A stretch of 64,000 nucleotides of DNA. Origin: Ruminiclostridium hungatei. Its GTDB lineage: Bacteria; Bacillota; Clostridia; Acetivibrionales; DSM-1351. This document shows, piece by piece, positions 41,101 through 51,700 of this stretch (position 1 is the first letter of the stretch; each line of letters opens with the position of its first letter). Under the pieces are notes generated by a model. That model saw nothing but the letters and a program-made list of their open reading frames with translations, was not told the DNA's origin and did no database searches. The stretch is taken from contig NZ_MZGX01000013.1 of assembly GCF_002051585.1 (NCBI RefSeq), positions 70,614 to 134,613 on the forward strand. Reading direction: 5' to 3'. A program made the position numbers and the translations under genes.

Positions 41101-44100
41101 GGCAATAGTTCCATATACAATACTTCTTATTTCGTTTGCTGTTTTACCGGATACTTTCATTCTGCTTTCTTCATAAGCCGCCTTTGTTTCTTTTCTTAAC
41201 GGCTTGATTTCTTCCTTCGCTTCCATTAAGTCCATTATATGTATAACATTCTGATTCTTATAATTGAGAGCCTGCATGAAGGCTTCTACCGCTCCCTCGG
41301 CAGGTAAAGGTCTTAACCCTTGAGCTTTTACAGCCAGTTCAGATGCCTCCCCCGATATAATGCCTTTCCCTTTGGCCTCCCATAATGAATAATTGATGGC
41401 AAGGGATTTACCGGGCGAGTTACTTTTTGACCTGTAGCTGCTGTAACAGTCCAGAAAATAGTTTGCAGCTGCATAATCAGTAATTCCGGCACTCCACTTT
41501 TTCTTGGAAGCAGATACCGAAGACATTAATACAAAGAATTTTAAGGGCTCCTTATTTGTCACGCAATCGGTCACTATAGTTCCGTTAACCTTCGCAGCAA
41601 GTACATTTTTAAAGGTTTCCAGATCTTTATCCAGAAGCTTGTATGCCGAGCTATCCATTATTCCTGCAGCATGTACCACCCCATGAATCGGACCAAATTC
41701 TTCATTTACCTGCTTAACCATTTCAGACATCTGTGTACTGTCTGATACATCCACTGCGAAATACGCAACTTTTGCACCTTTACTCTCCAGAGATCGAATC
41801 AAAGAAATCTTTGCTGCTGCAGCTTCTGCTGAATTCTCATTCCATTCTTCTCCAGGCGGTAATTCTCCTCTTCCCGTCAGTACTAGATTCACCTGGGCAC
41901 GCTTAGCGAAGGCCTCGGCAATAGAGCCTCCTATCAGCCCTGTTCCTCCGGTTATCAGGTAGGTTTCATTGTCGTTTAAATAAATCTTATCTTCTATTAG
42001 CTTTGATATTGGAGCCTTTTCAAGTTCACGAACAAAGCGTTCCTTTTTTCGCACAGCAACAATAGCTTCTGCATTTGGTTTTTTCCCAAGCTCATCAACA
42101 ATAGTAGCTGCTGCTTCAGTTCCCGAAATATAATCTTCATTATCTATGTCCAGTACACTTGTAAATAACCCCTTAACCTCTGTATCTAACGCTTGCCCAA
42201 GTACAATTGCTATAGACTGATGAGGATTTTGTATTTCATATTCTCCGGATATGCAGAATGCTTTATTGGTAACTAAAAGCAAGCGAAGATTTTCAAGCTT
42301 ACGGTTTGAAAGGGCTTTTGCCAGCAGCAAGATACTATAGGCACTCTTATATAAAACCTCCTCCTGTTCTACTAGCCTGGACGCTTCAAGACTTTTCTCA
42401 AAGTAATTCCACATATGGATTATTGAAGATATTTCTCCCTGTATGCTATCAAGCAATGAAAAATAATCTTCCTGCCTTAAAGGATTAATCAAAAAGCTCT
42501 GTTTTCCGTCATAGCTGAATGACTTGCCATATGTAACATGATAAAGCTTATTCTTATCAGATTCTAAACTCAGCTCAAAATCCTTTATTGTATTTTCGTC
42601 CTCGGCAAACAAAATAACGGCACCATCATTTAATTTGCTAATCTGCACCAGTTTTTCAGATTTCCAGCTCCATTCATGAAACCAGTTATCAAATCTTCTT
42701 GAAAGATTTCCCGAAGCCCCGCTTCCGAAATCCGGCATATAGGTTTTTCTTTCAAATGGGTATGACGGAAGCAGTACTTTTTTATGTGAGAAATCTTTTT
42801 CGAAATCCTCCCAGTGTATTTTTACTCCAAGTGTAAATAACTTTCCAAGAGTATTCAAAAGAATATCCCAGTTGTCTTTTTTTCGATCCATAGACGCCAG
42901 AATCTGATTGCTTTCACTTGCCAGACTGCTTGCCATACCTGTCAGAATTTTGTCAGGACCGGCCTCTACAAGAATATTTATTCCCTTATCAAACATATAT
43001 TTGACACTCTGCTCAAATCTCACAGCTCCGAGTATGTGATCAAGCCAATATTGTGGTGTATACAGCTTCGTATAAATCTCGGCGGTTATGTTTGATACTA
43101 TGGGAATCTTAGGCGTATTAAAGGTAGTAACTTCAAGCTCCTTCTTAAAGGCTTCCAACATGGGTTTCATCAACGGAGTGTGGAAGGCCTGTGAAACATT
43201 AAGTCTTTTTGAACCCACACCCTTCTTTTGAAGCTCCTTCAGAAACTCATCCATAGTATCAGCTTTCCCGGATACTACCTGGTGGGTAACATTGTATCCG
43301 GCTGCCCACAAGGAGCCTTCATATGGTTTCAGAAGAGCTTCTATGCCGGAAGCCGAAGTGAATACTGCCGCCATCGCTCCTTCAACCTTAAGCTGACTCA
43401 TCAATCTTCCTCTGGCAGCCACAAGTCTTGCAGCATCCTCAAGATTTACCGCACCGGCAATACACGCTGCAGCCCATTCACCTACACTATGTCCCAACAC
43501 ATATAAAGGCTTTACCCCAAGTTCAAGCAGCAAGCTGCCTATGGAGTAATCCATGGTAAATACCACCGGCTGTGTTATATTGGTCTGAGCGAGGAATTTT
43601 TCATCAGCATTTCCACCATAAAGCAAGTCGGTTATTTTAACATCTAAATATGGATAGAAAGCATCAGAACACATATCCACATATTTTCTGAAAGCGGGAA
43701 GCTTCTCATATAATGCCCTCCCCATTCCTACGTATTGTGAACCCTGACCTGTAAACATTAAAGCTACCTTTGGAAGAGCTATTGATTTATTAATATCCAA
43801 GCTTGCTTTTTTAAGCTTTTCAACAAGGTCTGCAGTACTGTCTGCTATAGCACAGTAACGATTTTTAAAGGTAGTTCGCAGAACATTTTCAGTGAAGCAG
43901 ACATCAGCAATTGAATAGTCTTTTCTCTCTTCAAGGAAATTGGAAAGATTGTTTATTTTTTGTTCTAAAGCTGCTTCTGTATTTGCAGATAAGCACAATA
44001 TATGCCTTGGCTTTTCGTCGCATACTTCTGATAACAAATCAGCCTCAACCGGATTTTCTTCAAGGACAATATGGCAGTTTGTACCTCCGAAGCCAAAGGA

Positions 44101-47100
44101 ATTAATGGCAGCACGCCTTGCTACACCTTCTTCCACCTTCCAGTTTTTTTCTTCCTTCAAAATATAAAAGGGTGTCTCCGGGAATTTTATCATAGGGTTT
44201 GGAGTTGCAACATTTGGCTGAGGTGGCATCTTTTTATCTCTAAGCGCCATTACCACCTTCATAAAGCTTGCTATTCCTGCTGCGCTTAGCAGATGTCCGA
44301 TATTTGCCTTAACTGATCCGACTGCAATCATGTTTTTGCCTAAATTCCAATTTCTATAAGCATTATCAAGAGCCCTTATCTCACTTGGGTCACCAATTTT
44401 AGTTCCTGTCCCATGTGTTTCAACATATTGAATACCGGCCGGACTGAAATCGTTTTGGCAGTAGAGTGATTCTATAACGTCTCTCTGTCCGTCAGGGTTA
44501 GGGGCCATAACTCCAATTGAATGCCCGTCGTTATTCATTGAGCTCGCTTTTATTACAGCAAGAATATCATTCCTATCTTCGATAGCCTTTTTAAGAGGCT
44601 TGAGCATAATCAGACCGGCTCCCTCACCAGGAACAAAGCCATCTGCATCCGCATCAAAGATTTTTGATGAACTGCTCACCGATAGGGCACCTGCATTGCT
44701 GAAATATATGTAAGGTGTAGGTGTAAGTAAAAGATTGATTCCACCTGCTATGGCCATTTCACATTCACCTCTCTTTAGCGCCTCACACGCCAGATGAATA
44801 GTAACAAGAGAGGATGAGCAGGCTGTGTCCAGCACTAACGACGGTCCTTTAAAATTGAACTCCTGAGATGCCCTTGCAGCAATCATATTCAAGATATTAT
44901 CCACAAGGATGTTGGTGTGCGCTTCGGTCACTCCCAATCTGTTTTTCCATTCCTCCATAATTGAATCCTGCTGCTCTTTTGAAAGTAATGCAAAGCTCTC
45001 GAAATTCTGCAAATCCATTTTATTCAGTGTTCTCAAATGGTACTCATTATATAAATTTGTACCTGCGCCTATATATAACGCAACCTTTCTGCCCTCAACC
45101 TTTTGGCGGGAATAGCCTGCTCTTTCCAGCAGTTCGAAAACCAATTCAAGAATTATCCGTTGCTGAGGGTCCATTATCTCAGCCTCTTTATCTGGTATAT
45201 TAAAAAGCCCCGCATCAAAGTCATATACATCCTTTATAAACGCTCCCGAGCGGCAGTATGTTTTACCGAATTCGGGTGAGGAACTGTAATAATCATCAAT
45301 ATTCCACCGTTCTTTTGGAATGTCGCCTATACTGCATTTGCCCTTTAATATATTATTCCAGAATTCTTCGGGATTTGAAGCGTCAGGGAAACGGCAGGCC
45401 ATTGAGATGACAGCTATATCATCATTCTCATCTGAATTTCTATTACCTGCTGTCTTATCCAAAAACGAGTTTTTATCCTTTAATTCTTCATTGTTATGGA
45501 TATTCAGAATATATTGTTCCATATCATTGATGGTACTGCACTTAATTAATAAATCATGTGTAAGCTTTAAAGCAAGTTCATCTTCAATAAGGCCTAATAC
45601 CTGAATAGCTTTTACTGAGGTGCCTCCCATAGAAAGAAAAGGTTGGTCATAAGCAATGGTGCTGGCAGGTCTTTCCAAAACCCTGGACCAGATTCCGCAT
45701 ATGGTTTCAGCAAGTCCCGGCCTATTTACCACTATCTCGGACGTTTCCTCCATGGTTTCATGCTTCAGTTCGGCAGCGGTAATTACCTTTCCCGCATATT
45801 CGTTATTTCTGAAGGCTTCCACCATTGCGAAACGTTGTATTTTCCCGCTTGTGGTTTTTGGTATCAAAGGTATTGACACCACATAATCAATAGGTATTCC
45901 AAATATTTCATTGACATGCTTTAGAATTTTTGAGTAAAAGGGTTTAGCCCGCTCATCCTTAATGTGAAGAGTGGAAAACAAAGCCACTTTTTCTCTCCCT
46001 TCTGTTTCATCGTGCCATCCGCAAGCTACAACCTTTCCCGGTTCGACGCCTTCCAGCTCTTCAATTACATCCTCTATATCATGTGCATAAAAATTTTGTC
46101 CGTTAACAAATATTATGTCCTTTATGCGCCCAACCACTGTGAGGCGGCCATCCAGCATAAACCCGGTATCACCTGTTTTTAACCAACCCTCCTGAAAGGA
46201 TGCTCTGTTGGCCTCAGGATTATTTATATAGCCGGAGGTAACGTTATCTCCTCTGATCTGTATTTCACCCACTGTACCCTCAGGTACTACAGAACCCTTT
46301 TGATCCACTATTCGGACCTCGGTGCCATTTACAGGATAACCCTCGTCAGCTAAAAGCAATGCATTTTTGAGTTTTCTATCTACATATTTCACTTTTGCCT
46401 TCGACACAAGTACCTGTCTGTCTACGCTGTGCACCAGAGGCTCTTCAAATGGTATGGGAAAGCTCACAGCCAGGCAGGCCTCAGCCATCCCGTAAACTGT
46501 ATACATGGCACTTTTCTTCAGTCGGCAAACTGATAACTTTTCCATAAACTCTTCCGCCAAAGATACAGATATTGGTTCAGCACCATTACATATATATTTC
46601 AAGCATGACAAATCCAATTTTTCAAGCAGTTCGGGCTTAATTCTGCTCAATACCAGCTTGCACCCAAAATTCGGTGTACCTGTGATTGTAATACGATATT
46701 TGGAAATAAGCTCCAACCATTGATTAGGCCGCTTTATGAATTTATACGGTGTCATATTGAATTGAGCCATTCCAAGAGCTGTAATGCTAAGGTGGAAACC
46801 TATCAGCCCCATATCATGATGGTACGGCATCCACCCAAGACACCTGTCCTCACTGGTAAAATTGGCACTTGCTATAATTGCCTCTACATTTGTTAATAGG
46901 TTGCCATGAGTTAAGATAACACCTTTAGGAGTATTGGTGCTTCCCGAACTAAACTGAATGTATGCTGTTGAACCTTTTTCCGCAAGGTCAGCTTCTCCAC
47001 CTTCACTGCTTATATCGAAAGTTAAAACATCTTCAAATTCCATTCCGCTGATTCCTATAATTCTATTGAGCTCATCGCTGCTTTCCTTCAGATAACTATC

Positions 47101-47526
47101 AGACAAAATCAGCGGTTTTTCCAGTACATTCCATACTGCCTCCAGCTTCTTCAAGGATGCATTTAATGCTCTGGTAGAGGTAGGATAAATAAGAGGAGCC
47201 GGGATAATCCCCCCCAATATGCATGCCCAGAAGGTAATGATAAAATCTAAATTATTGTTTAGTACCAATAAAACATACTGCCCTTTTTTTATTCCTGCCT
47301 TTTGCATTCCTCCTAAACGCAGCAGAGCTTTTTGAAGTATTTCTTCGTACAGAAGGAATTGCTCCGAATCATCATTTTGTATGAAAGTTATTCCTTTATC
47401 TTTTTGATTTTGTGCAGAATCAATCAGCAAATATGCAAGATTTGCCTTGCTACTGTATATTCCCGTCACATCGGCTCCTTTTGCCTGTGACAACCTTATT
47501 CCCTTATTTGTTTTTATATTTTTCAT
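38200..47526 (-). CDS. type I polyketide synthase with N-terminal fatty-acyl-AMP ligase loading domain: FAAL-ACP-KS-AT-KR-ACP-KS-(degenerate AT-like C-terminus)
   Basis: FAAL/AMP-binding motifs (FSSGSTNTPKGV, GYPVNGTEV, YRTGD-like WLKTGD). ACP FLSMGGTSVKAI. KS1 DTACSSSLVTIHLA. AT GHSVGEWAAAC. KR Rossmann GGTGLIGGSIA. ACP2 LEMGLSSLDVTK. KS2 NSACSSSLVALHMA. The last ~450 aa lack a GHSxG. Confidence 0.95.
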   Translation of the reverse strand: MKNIKTNKGIRLSQAKGADVTGIYSSKANLAYLLIDSAQNQKDKGITFIQNDDSEQFLLYEEILQKALLRLGGMQKAGIKKGQYVLLVLNNNLDFIITFWACILGGIIPAPLIYPTSTRALNASLKKLEAVWNVLEKPLILSDSYLKESSDELNRIIGISGMEFEDVLTFDISSEGGEADLAEKGSTAYIQFSSGSTNTPKGVILTHGNLLTNVEAIIASANFTSEDRCLGWMPYHHDMGLIGFHLSITALGMAQFNMTPYKFIKRPNQWLELISKYRITITGTPNFGCKLVLSRIKPELLEKLDLSCLKYICNGAEPISVSLAEEFMEKLSVCRLKKSAMYTVYGMAEACLAVSFPIPFEEPLVHSVDRQVLVSKAKVKYVDRKLKNALLLADEGYPVNGTEVRIVDQKGSVVPEGTVGEIQIRGDNVTSGYINNPEANRASFQEGWLKTGDTGFMLDGRLTVVGRIKDIIFVNGQNFYAHDIEDVIEELEGVEPGKVVACGWHDETEGREKVALFSTLHIKDERAKPFYSKILKHVNEIFGIPIDYVVSIPLIPKTTSGKIQRFAMVEAFRNNEYAGKVITAAELKHETMEETSEIVVNRPGLAETICGIWSRVLERPASTIAYDQPFLSMGGTSVKAIQVLGLIEDELALKLTHDLLIKCSTINDMEQYILNIHNNEELKDKNSFLDKTAGNRNSDENDDIAVISMACRFPDASNPEEFWNNILKGKCSIGDIPKERWNIDDYYSSSPEFGKTYCRSGAFIKDVYDFDAGLFNIPDKEAEIMDPQQRIILELVFELLERAGYSRQKVEGRKVALYIGAGTNLYNEYHLRTLNKMDLQNFESFALLSKEQQDSIMEEWKNRLGVTEAHTNILVDNILNMIAARASQEFNFKGPSLVLDTACSSSLVTIHLACEALKRGECEMAIAGGINLLLTPTPYIYFSNAGALSVSSSSKIFDADADGFVPGEGAGLIMLKPLKKAIEDRNDILAVIKASSMNNDGHSIGVMAPNPDGQRDVIESLYCQNDFSPAGIQYVETHGTGTKIGDPSEIRALDNAYRNWNLGKNMIAVGSVKANIGHLLSAAGIASFMKVVMALRDKKMPPQPNVATPNPMIKFPETPFYILKEEKNWKVEEGVARRAAINSFGFGGTNCHIVLEENPVEADLLSEVCDEKPRHILCLSANTEAALEQKINNLSNFLEERKDYSIADVCFTENVLRTTFKNRYCAIADSTADLVEKLKKASLDINKSIALPKVALMFTGQGSQYVGMGRALYEKLPAFRKYVDMCSDAFYPYLDVKITDLLYGGNADEKFLAQTNITQPVVFTMDYSIGSLLLELGVKPLYVLGHSVGEWAAACIAGAVNLEDAARLVAARGRLMSQLKVEGAMAAVFTSASGIEALLKPYEGSLWAAGYNVTHQVVSGKADTMDEFLKELQKKGVGSKRLNVSQAFHTPLMKPMLEAFKKELEVTTFNTPKIPIVSNITAEIYTKLYTPQYWLDHILGAVRFEQSVKYMFDKGINILVEAGPDKILTGMASSLASESNQILASMDRKKDNWDILLNTLGKLFTLGVKIHWEDFEKDFSHKKVLLPSYPFERKTYMPDFGSGASGNLSRRFDNWFHEWSWKSEKLVQISKLNDGAVILFAEDENTIKDFELSLESDKNKLYHVTYGKSFSYDGKQSFLINPLRQEDYFSLLDSIQGEISSIIHMWNYFEKSLEASRLVEQEEVLYKSAYSILLLAKALSNRKLENLRLLLVTNKAFCISGEYEIQNPHQSIAIVLGQALDTEVKGLFTSVLDIDNEDYISGTEAAATIVDELGKKPNAEAIVAVRKKERFVRELEKAPISKLIEDKIYLNDNETYLITGGTGLIGGSIAEAFAKRAQVNLVLTGRGELPPGEEWNENSAEAAAAKISLIRSLESKGAKVAYFAVDVSDSTQMSEMVKQVNEEFGPIHGVVHAAGIMDSSAYKLLDKDLETFKNVLAAKVNGTIVTDCVTNKEPLKFFVLMSSVSASKKKWSAGITDYAAANYFLDCYSSYRSKSNSPGKSLAINYSLWEAKGKGIISGEASELAVKAQGLRPLPAEGAVEAFMQALNYKNQNVIHIMDLMEAKEEIKPLRKETKAAYEESRMKVSGKTANEIRSIVYGTIAEELNADADNIDEGMNFLEMGLSSLDVTKIVARISKALGAELYPTLIFEYQTPEAFTNYIEKTYAVSEGEIAAVAEENLLYAADKNKEDIQDIAIIGIGLRIPGADTLEEYWDILKNGKCIIKEVPKDRWSAEENYSDDKKLLHTTYTNKGGFIDKPYDFDPLLFGMSPNEAEATDPQQRIFLQIAWEALQQAGYGGKYKSNKIGVFVGCEQNSYMEHFTGYRTYMLLKNKLEQSEAYKGMKPKERRELMTNILQVLNPGQLVADAVAGSGLNEIAARVSHCLNLSGPSLIVNSACSSSLVALHMACESLRTGQAEMALAGGVNLNMSATPFVSLSRVTALSPSGNCYPFDKRADGMVLSEGASAVLLKPLKYALEDNDNIFAVIKGSAINNDGHSQGITAPRPQGQAEAIRNAYITSGINPETVSYIETHGTGTPLGDPIEIEGMTQAMRSFTSKKNFCGVGSVKSSLGHMLSAAGLISLIKVVLALNNKTIPHTINFEEPNTNIDFSNSPFYVVGKEPREWKAEGSPLRAGVNAFGFGGTNAHVILEEAPLITNTGTESEEERQHNVIFLTGRNEKIVQAIAGNLIAHMKKKPELDLSSICFTMNNSQKELTFKTAIVTDSKEHLLDMLLKLEKGEESSELIKGRSNPNRVTPVSLVMDCSFELDKKDCDKIAKRFSGFAEAYNKCMQIFEKEGSGGPDSQLAKTVESFALQYAFGALLCDFGIKLKSIICEDNAILAGGALAGIITIKQAARFLINKAGYKNNELDESTGYELNCPVVTPLGIADKTNIFDLVSSIRGEARGKLSLDSCKEIINKDEAIVYLGSSKTKGNEFEKMKFNNLQWIEMSMSQNCAAAILAVMAKLYTTGVSYNPSKLSWHKARRVPLPTYPFENSEYKVSFKDESLEADNNEYSEEKTNNFASTNELVDFKEASARLALKKLNTQEAISGEAKACSIEGLRRDLSKI

Positions 47527-47573
47527 TTAAATCCCTCCAAATAATAAGCTAAAACACTTCCATCAATATCACT

Positions 47574-48740
47574 TTAAGCGTCTCTTTTAAAAAGGTTGCT
47601 CTTGGAATACTTACTAGTAATGGCTATGTATAGTATTAAAATCATAAAAATTATAAAGCTTATGCTGAATATATAATTATTTCCTAGATATCGCATTGCT
47701 CCAGATGATAAAAACGGACCGGCTGCTGAACCGATTCCGTAAGCAAAAGTAAATAAAGCTACCCCCGGCATTAATTCTTCCTGTATGAGATCCTGTACAG
47801 ACAGAGATAGAGATAGTGGATATATGGGCCCGATTGTAAAACCAGCAATAAATGAGAAGATTAATTTGCTGCCGAAGCTGTTAAAATACATGACACCTAT
47901 AATAGCAAACAATGAAAAGAATATAGTTAACCCAAGACATTTTTTACGTCCAAATTTATCTGCCAAATAAGTTACAGGTATGGTTCCAATTATGCTCCCG
48001 ATTACAAATATCCCTAATGCGTATCCTACCTGTGAGAGCCCGAAATTAAGCCGGAGCATAAAGAGAGGATAGAGAGCTACCAGAGTTGTCTCTGAAAAAC
48101 CATATGCAAAGGCTCCAAATAAAGCCAGAGTAATTTTAGAAAAGATCTTTCCCTCACTATAGGTTGGTATTGTCAGCAAATTTTTTAATTTGAAATTAAT
48201 AAAAACAGCAGCACTGCAAAGACTGACGGAGCCCATTAAAAAAGCTATCCAGGCAGCGCATTCATAGAGCATTGGGCCAACTAAAGAACTAATAACAAAC
48301 CCTACAGCAAAACAAAATGAATATATGCCGCTTACCAACGCTTTGTTGCCGCTGTCAGTGGCGTTTTGCATGGCTGTTTGAATACCCACCAAATTAAGGC
48401 TGACACCTGCCCCCATAAGACCCATAAGTAAAAACCATAAGGCCCTGTTCTCTGATAAGGGAAAGCCTATTGAACAAATAGCTGCTAAAATGAGCCCTAA
48501 TATTAGTATTTTTCTAATATCTTTTCCTCTTTGCTTTTTATAAATAAATATTGAACCAAGCGCCATAAAGAGAAAATATGAGGAAGAAATTGCACCAACC
48601 CATACCTCTGAAACATTATTTCTTGTCATATGCGTAGTTGCAAGAGGGTTTATCACCCCCATTGCAAGTCCTACCATTAATGCTATACAATACATAGCCC
48701 ATTTATTGTTTCCAATCAGTTTATCAAATTGTTCTCTCAA
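47574..48740 (-). CDS. MFS transporter (likely product exporter)
   Basis: 12 TM helices. MFS motif A-like GRKKCLG. Confidence 0.85.
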   Translation of the reverse strand: MREQFDKLIGNNKWAMYCIALMVGLAMGVINPLATTHMTRNNVSEVWVGAISSSYFLFMALGSIFIYKKQRGKDIRKILILGLILAAICSIGFPLSENRALWFLLMGLMGAGVSLNLVGIQTAMQNATDSGNKALVSGIYSFCFAVGFVISSLVGPMLYECAAWIAFLMGSVSLCSAAVFINFKLKNLLTIPTYSEGKIFSKITLALFGAFAYGFSETTLVALYPLFMLRLNFGLSQVGYALGIFVIGSIIGTIPVTYLADKFGRKKCLGLTIFFSLFAIIGVMYFNSFGSKLIFSFIAGFTIGPIYPLSLSLSVQDLIQEELMPGVALFTFAYGIGSAAGPFLSSGAMRYLGNNYIFSISFIIFMILILYIAITSKYSKSNLFKRDA

Positions 48741-48795
48741 GCTGCTACCCTTTCATAAATCAAGTTATCAAAGACAATTACGGTTCATGTGGCCT

Positions 48796-51700
48796 TTAAC
48801 CGGTGGTAATTGAACTTTTCTTACTTTGTAATAAAGTTTTAAACATTGCTGTCTGTTGAGATCCGAACCAATACATATCTTGTTTGCCATAGACCTTTAT
48901 GGCTTCACCGGTAATATAATCTGACATAGCTGATGCAAGGAATACAGCAGTATCTGAGATTTTTTCAGGAGGAATAGCCCTGTTTTTTAACGCTTTGGGC
49001 GCCATATCAGTGTCTACCAGTGCAGGACATATGGCGTTTACCTGAATGTTGTGGGGCTTTAGCTCCTCAGCTAACGATTTGGTCAGACCGAGCACTGCAT
49101 GTTTTGATGCGGCATATGCACTCATAAGCGGATAACCGATAAAGGAGGAATCTGACCCCATATTAATAATCTTTCCTTGATTGTTCTTTATGAAATGTGG
49201 TATTACAGCTCTGCAGAAATTATATGTCCCAAAGAGATTTACATCTATTATTTTTTTCCACTCCTCCGGTTCAATATCATTTATAGCTGAAAACTTTGTA
49301 ATGCCTGCGTTGTTTACCAACACATCAATTTTTCCATACTCTCTCAAAACCAGGTCCATAGCCTTATCTACATCTGCCTGCCTGCTTATATCCGCAGGAA
49401 TAATCATTGATCTCACACCAAGCTGCTGCATTTCCTGCGCCGTTTGTTCCAATTGCTCCCTGGTCCTTGAAACAATTACAATCTCGGCCCCCTCTTTCGC
49501 CATTGTAAGAGCAATACTTCTGCCGATGCCTCTTCCCCCGCCAGTTATAATTACTACTTTGTCCGAAAGCAAGCCCTCCCCGTTTTTCCTGTTCTGGAAT
49601 GGTTTGTTCCTGTAAGTTTGTGAGGTCTCTTCCTCTACAAAGCTGATAAGTTTTGTAATACTCTCTATGTACTTTTCACCCAACTGCTTAATTGTTTCAA
49701 TCTTAAATAAATTTTTTGAGTACTCAATTTCAAGATTTAACTTTCCATCCACCACTGAGAAGAAAAACTCAATAACGGATATCCTTTTTTGTTCAGGAAC
49801 AGAATATCTTCTATCCATTCCGGCTTTGGAGAACTCGAAATTATCAAATTTCGGAACGTCCCTGTTGCCGAGGTAATTTGCTCTAACAGGAGTCATTTTG
49901 GTATCAGGATACATATACACCGGTAAATAATCCGAAACCATGTCATAGCTTATTCCATTCATAGGAATAGTTTCTAATGTATTCTTTACTTTCTCAACCA
50001 AGCTTCCCCAGGCCTCATCCTGTATAAAATCAATACCCATTGGAAAATTAACTGCGAAATTTCCTGCAGTCTGAAAGAAAGTATTATTAGCATCAATCTC
50101 CCTGCCATGGACCCTGTGGCTTATTATAACTTTTGATTGCTTGTATCGCTCTCCCAGCAGCTTATAAAGAGGAGCAAGCAAAATAGGATAAACATTACTT
50201 CCAAAGAACCTCTTTGCTTTACTTAAGATTATCGAAGTCTTATGGCTGTCCAGCACAAATTCAACTGTGGCTGCAGACCCTTCGTCATTAGCTCCCAGAT
50301 TGAAATCTGCTGGAATTCTGAATACATCTTCTTTAAGTGGGAACATTTCCTTCCAATATGCTACATAATCTTGTAATTTCTTATCCTTCTCATGCTCTAC
50401 ATGTTCTACAAATTCTCTGTAAGACCTTGAAGCCTGAAGTTTTATATCTTGCTCAGATAAAATATTATAGTAAATCTGCCATATCTCTTTAAACAACAAA
50501 TTATTTGTTACTACATCTGAAATAAGATGATGACCCACAAAAGCCATATCGTACATACTGTTTGAGATCTTAACCGCTATAACCTTCCATAGAGGCCATT
50601 TATCGACATCAAAACTTCGTATGGCATCATTTATCAGTTCATCCACAGCCTGATCTATTTGCTCTTTATCCATGTGAGCGGCATCAAAATACTCCACGTT
50701 TAAATAGTTGCCCTGTGGTAATATTTTTTGCACCCATTGGGAATCCTTCTGACACAATATACTTCTTAGGGCATCATGTCTGTTTGCAAGCATATTTACC
50801 GCTTTGTTAAAAGTAAGGTAATCCAGAGGCTGCTTAAATAAAAATCTCGTAAACCCGGTCCAATTGTATGGGAAATCAAAGAAATTCATTAACCAGCGCT
50901 GTGCCGGTGCCAGTGGAATAATTGCTTCCTGCTCTTGATTATAAACGTCTTGAAGCTTCTCTTCCTTGACCTGATTGATTACAGCCATCTCATTTGTTTT
51001 TACTGCTCCATATTTGTTTCTATATACCTCCTGCATTGCCCGCCTGTCAAGCTTTCCGTTTGGATTCTTCGGAAGGCTTTGCAGCCATTCTATTCTGTGT
51101 GGAATCATGTAATGGGGCAGCTTATTACCAATATGGTCCTTTATTTCAGAATCCGAAGTATTTCTGCCTGACAAATAAGCCACAAGCTGACTTTGTCCCT
51201 CATTGCCGTCAACTACAATGACTGCCGCCTCATTTATATTACTATGGCTGTTGAGTACCGTCTCTATTTCACCCAGTTCAATCCTGAAGCCTCGTATTTT
51301 CACTTGATTGTCAATGCGACCATGATACTCAAAGCTTCCATCTTCTCTTTTTCTTGTCAAATCCCCAGTGCGATACAAGAAGTCTCCCGGTATTTCACTG
51401 AAAGGATTGGGTCTGAAGGACTCGGCAGACTTTTCAGGATTTTTCAGATAACCCTTTGCAAGCTGTATGCCGCCTATCCATAGTTCACCGATTTCTCCTA
51501 CTTCCTTGATTCTCATATTTTCATCAAGATTTAAGATGTAAACATTGTCTACAGGCTTTCCGATTGGAATTTGATTTTCTCCCTCAGCACCCGGTCTCTT
51601 TTCAATGATATGGTATGTAACATCGATAGAAGCTTCTGTGGGACCGTACAAGTTTGCCAGCTGAGTGGCCATTCCGTGCTTGTCTATCCATTCCTGGACA

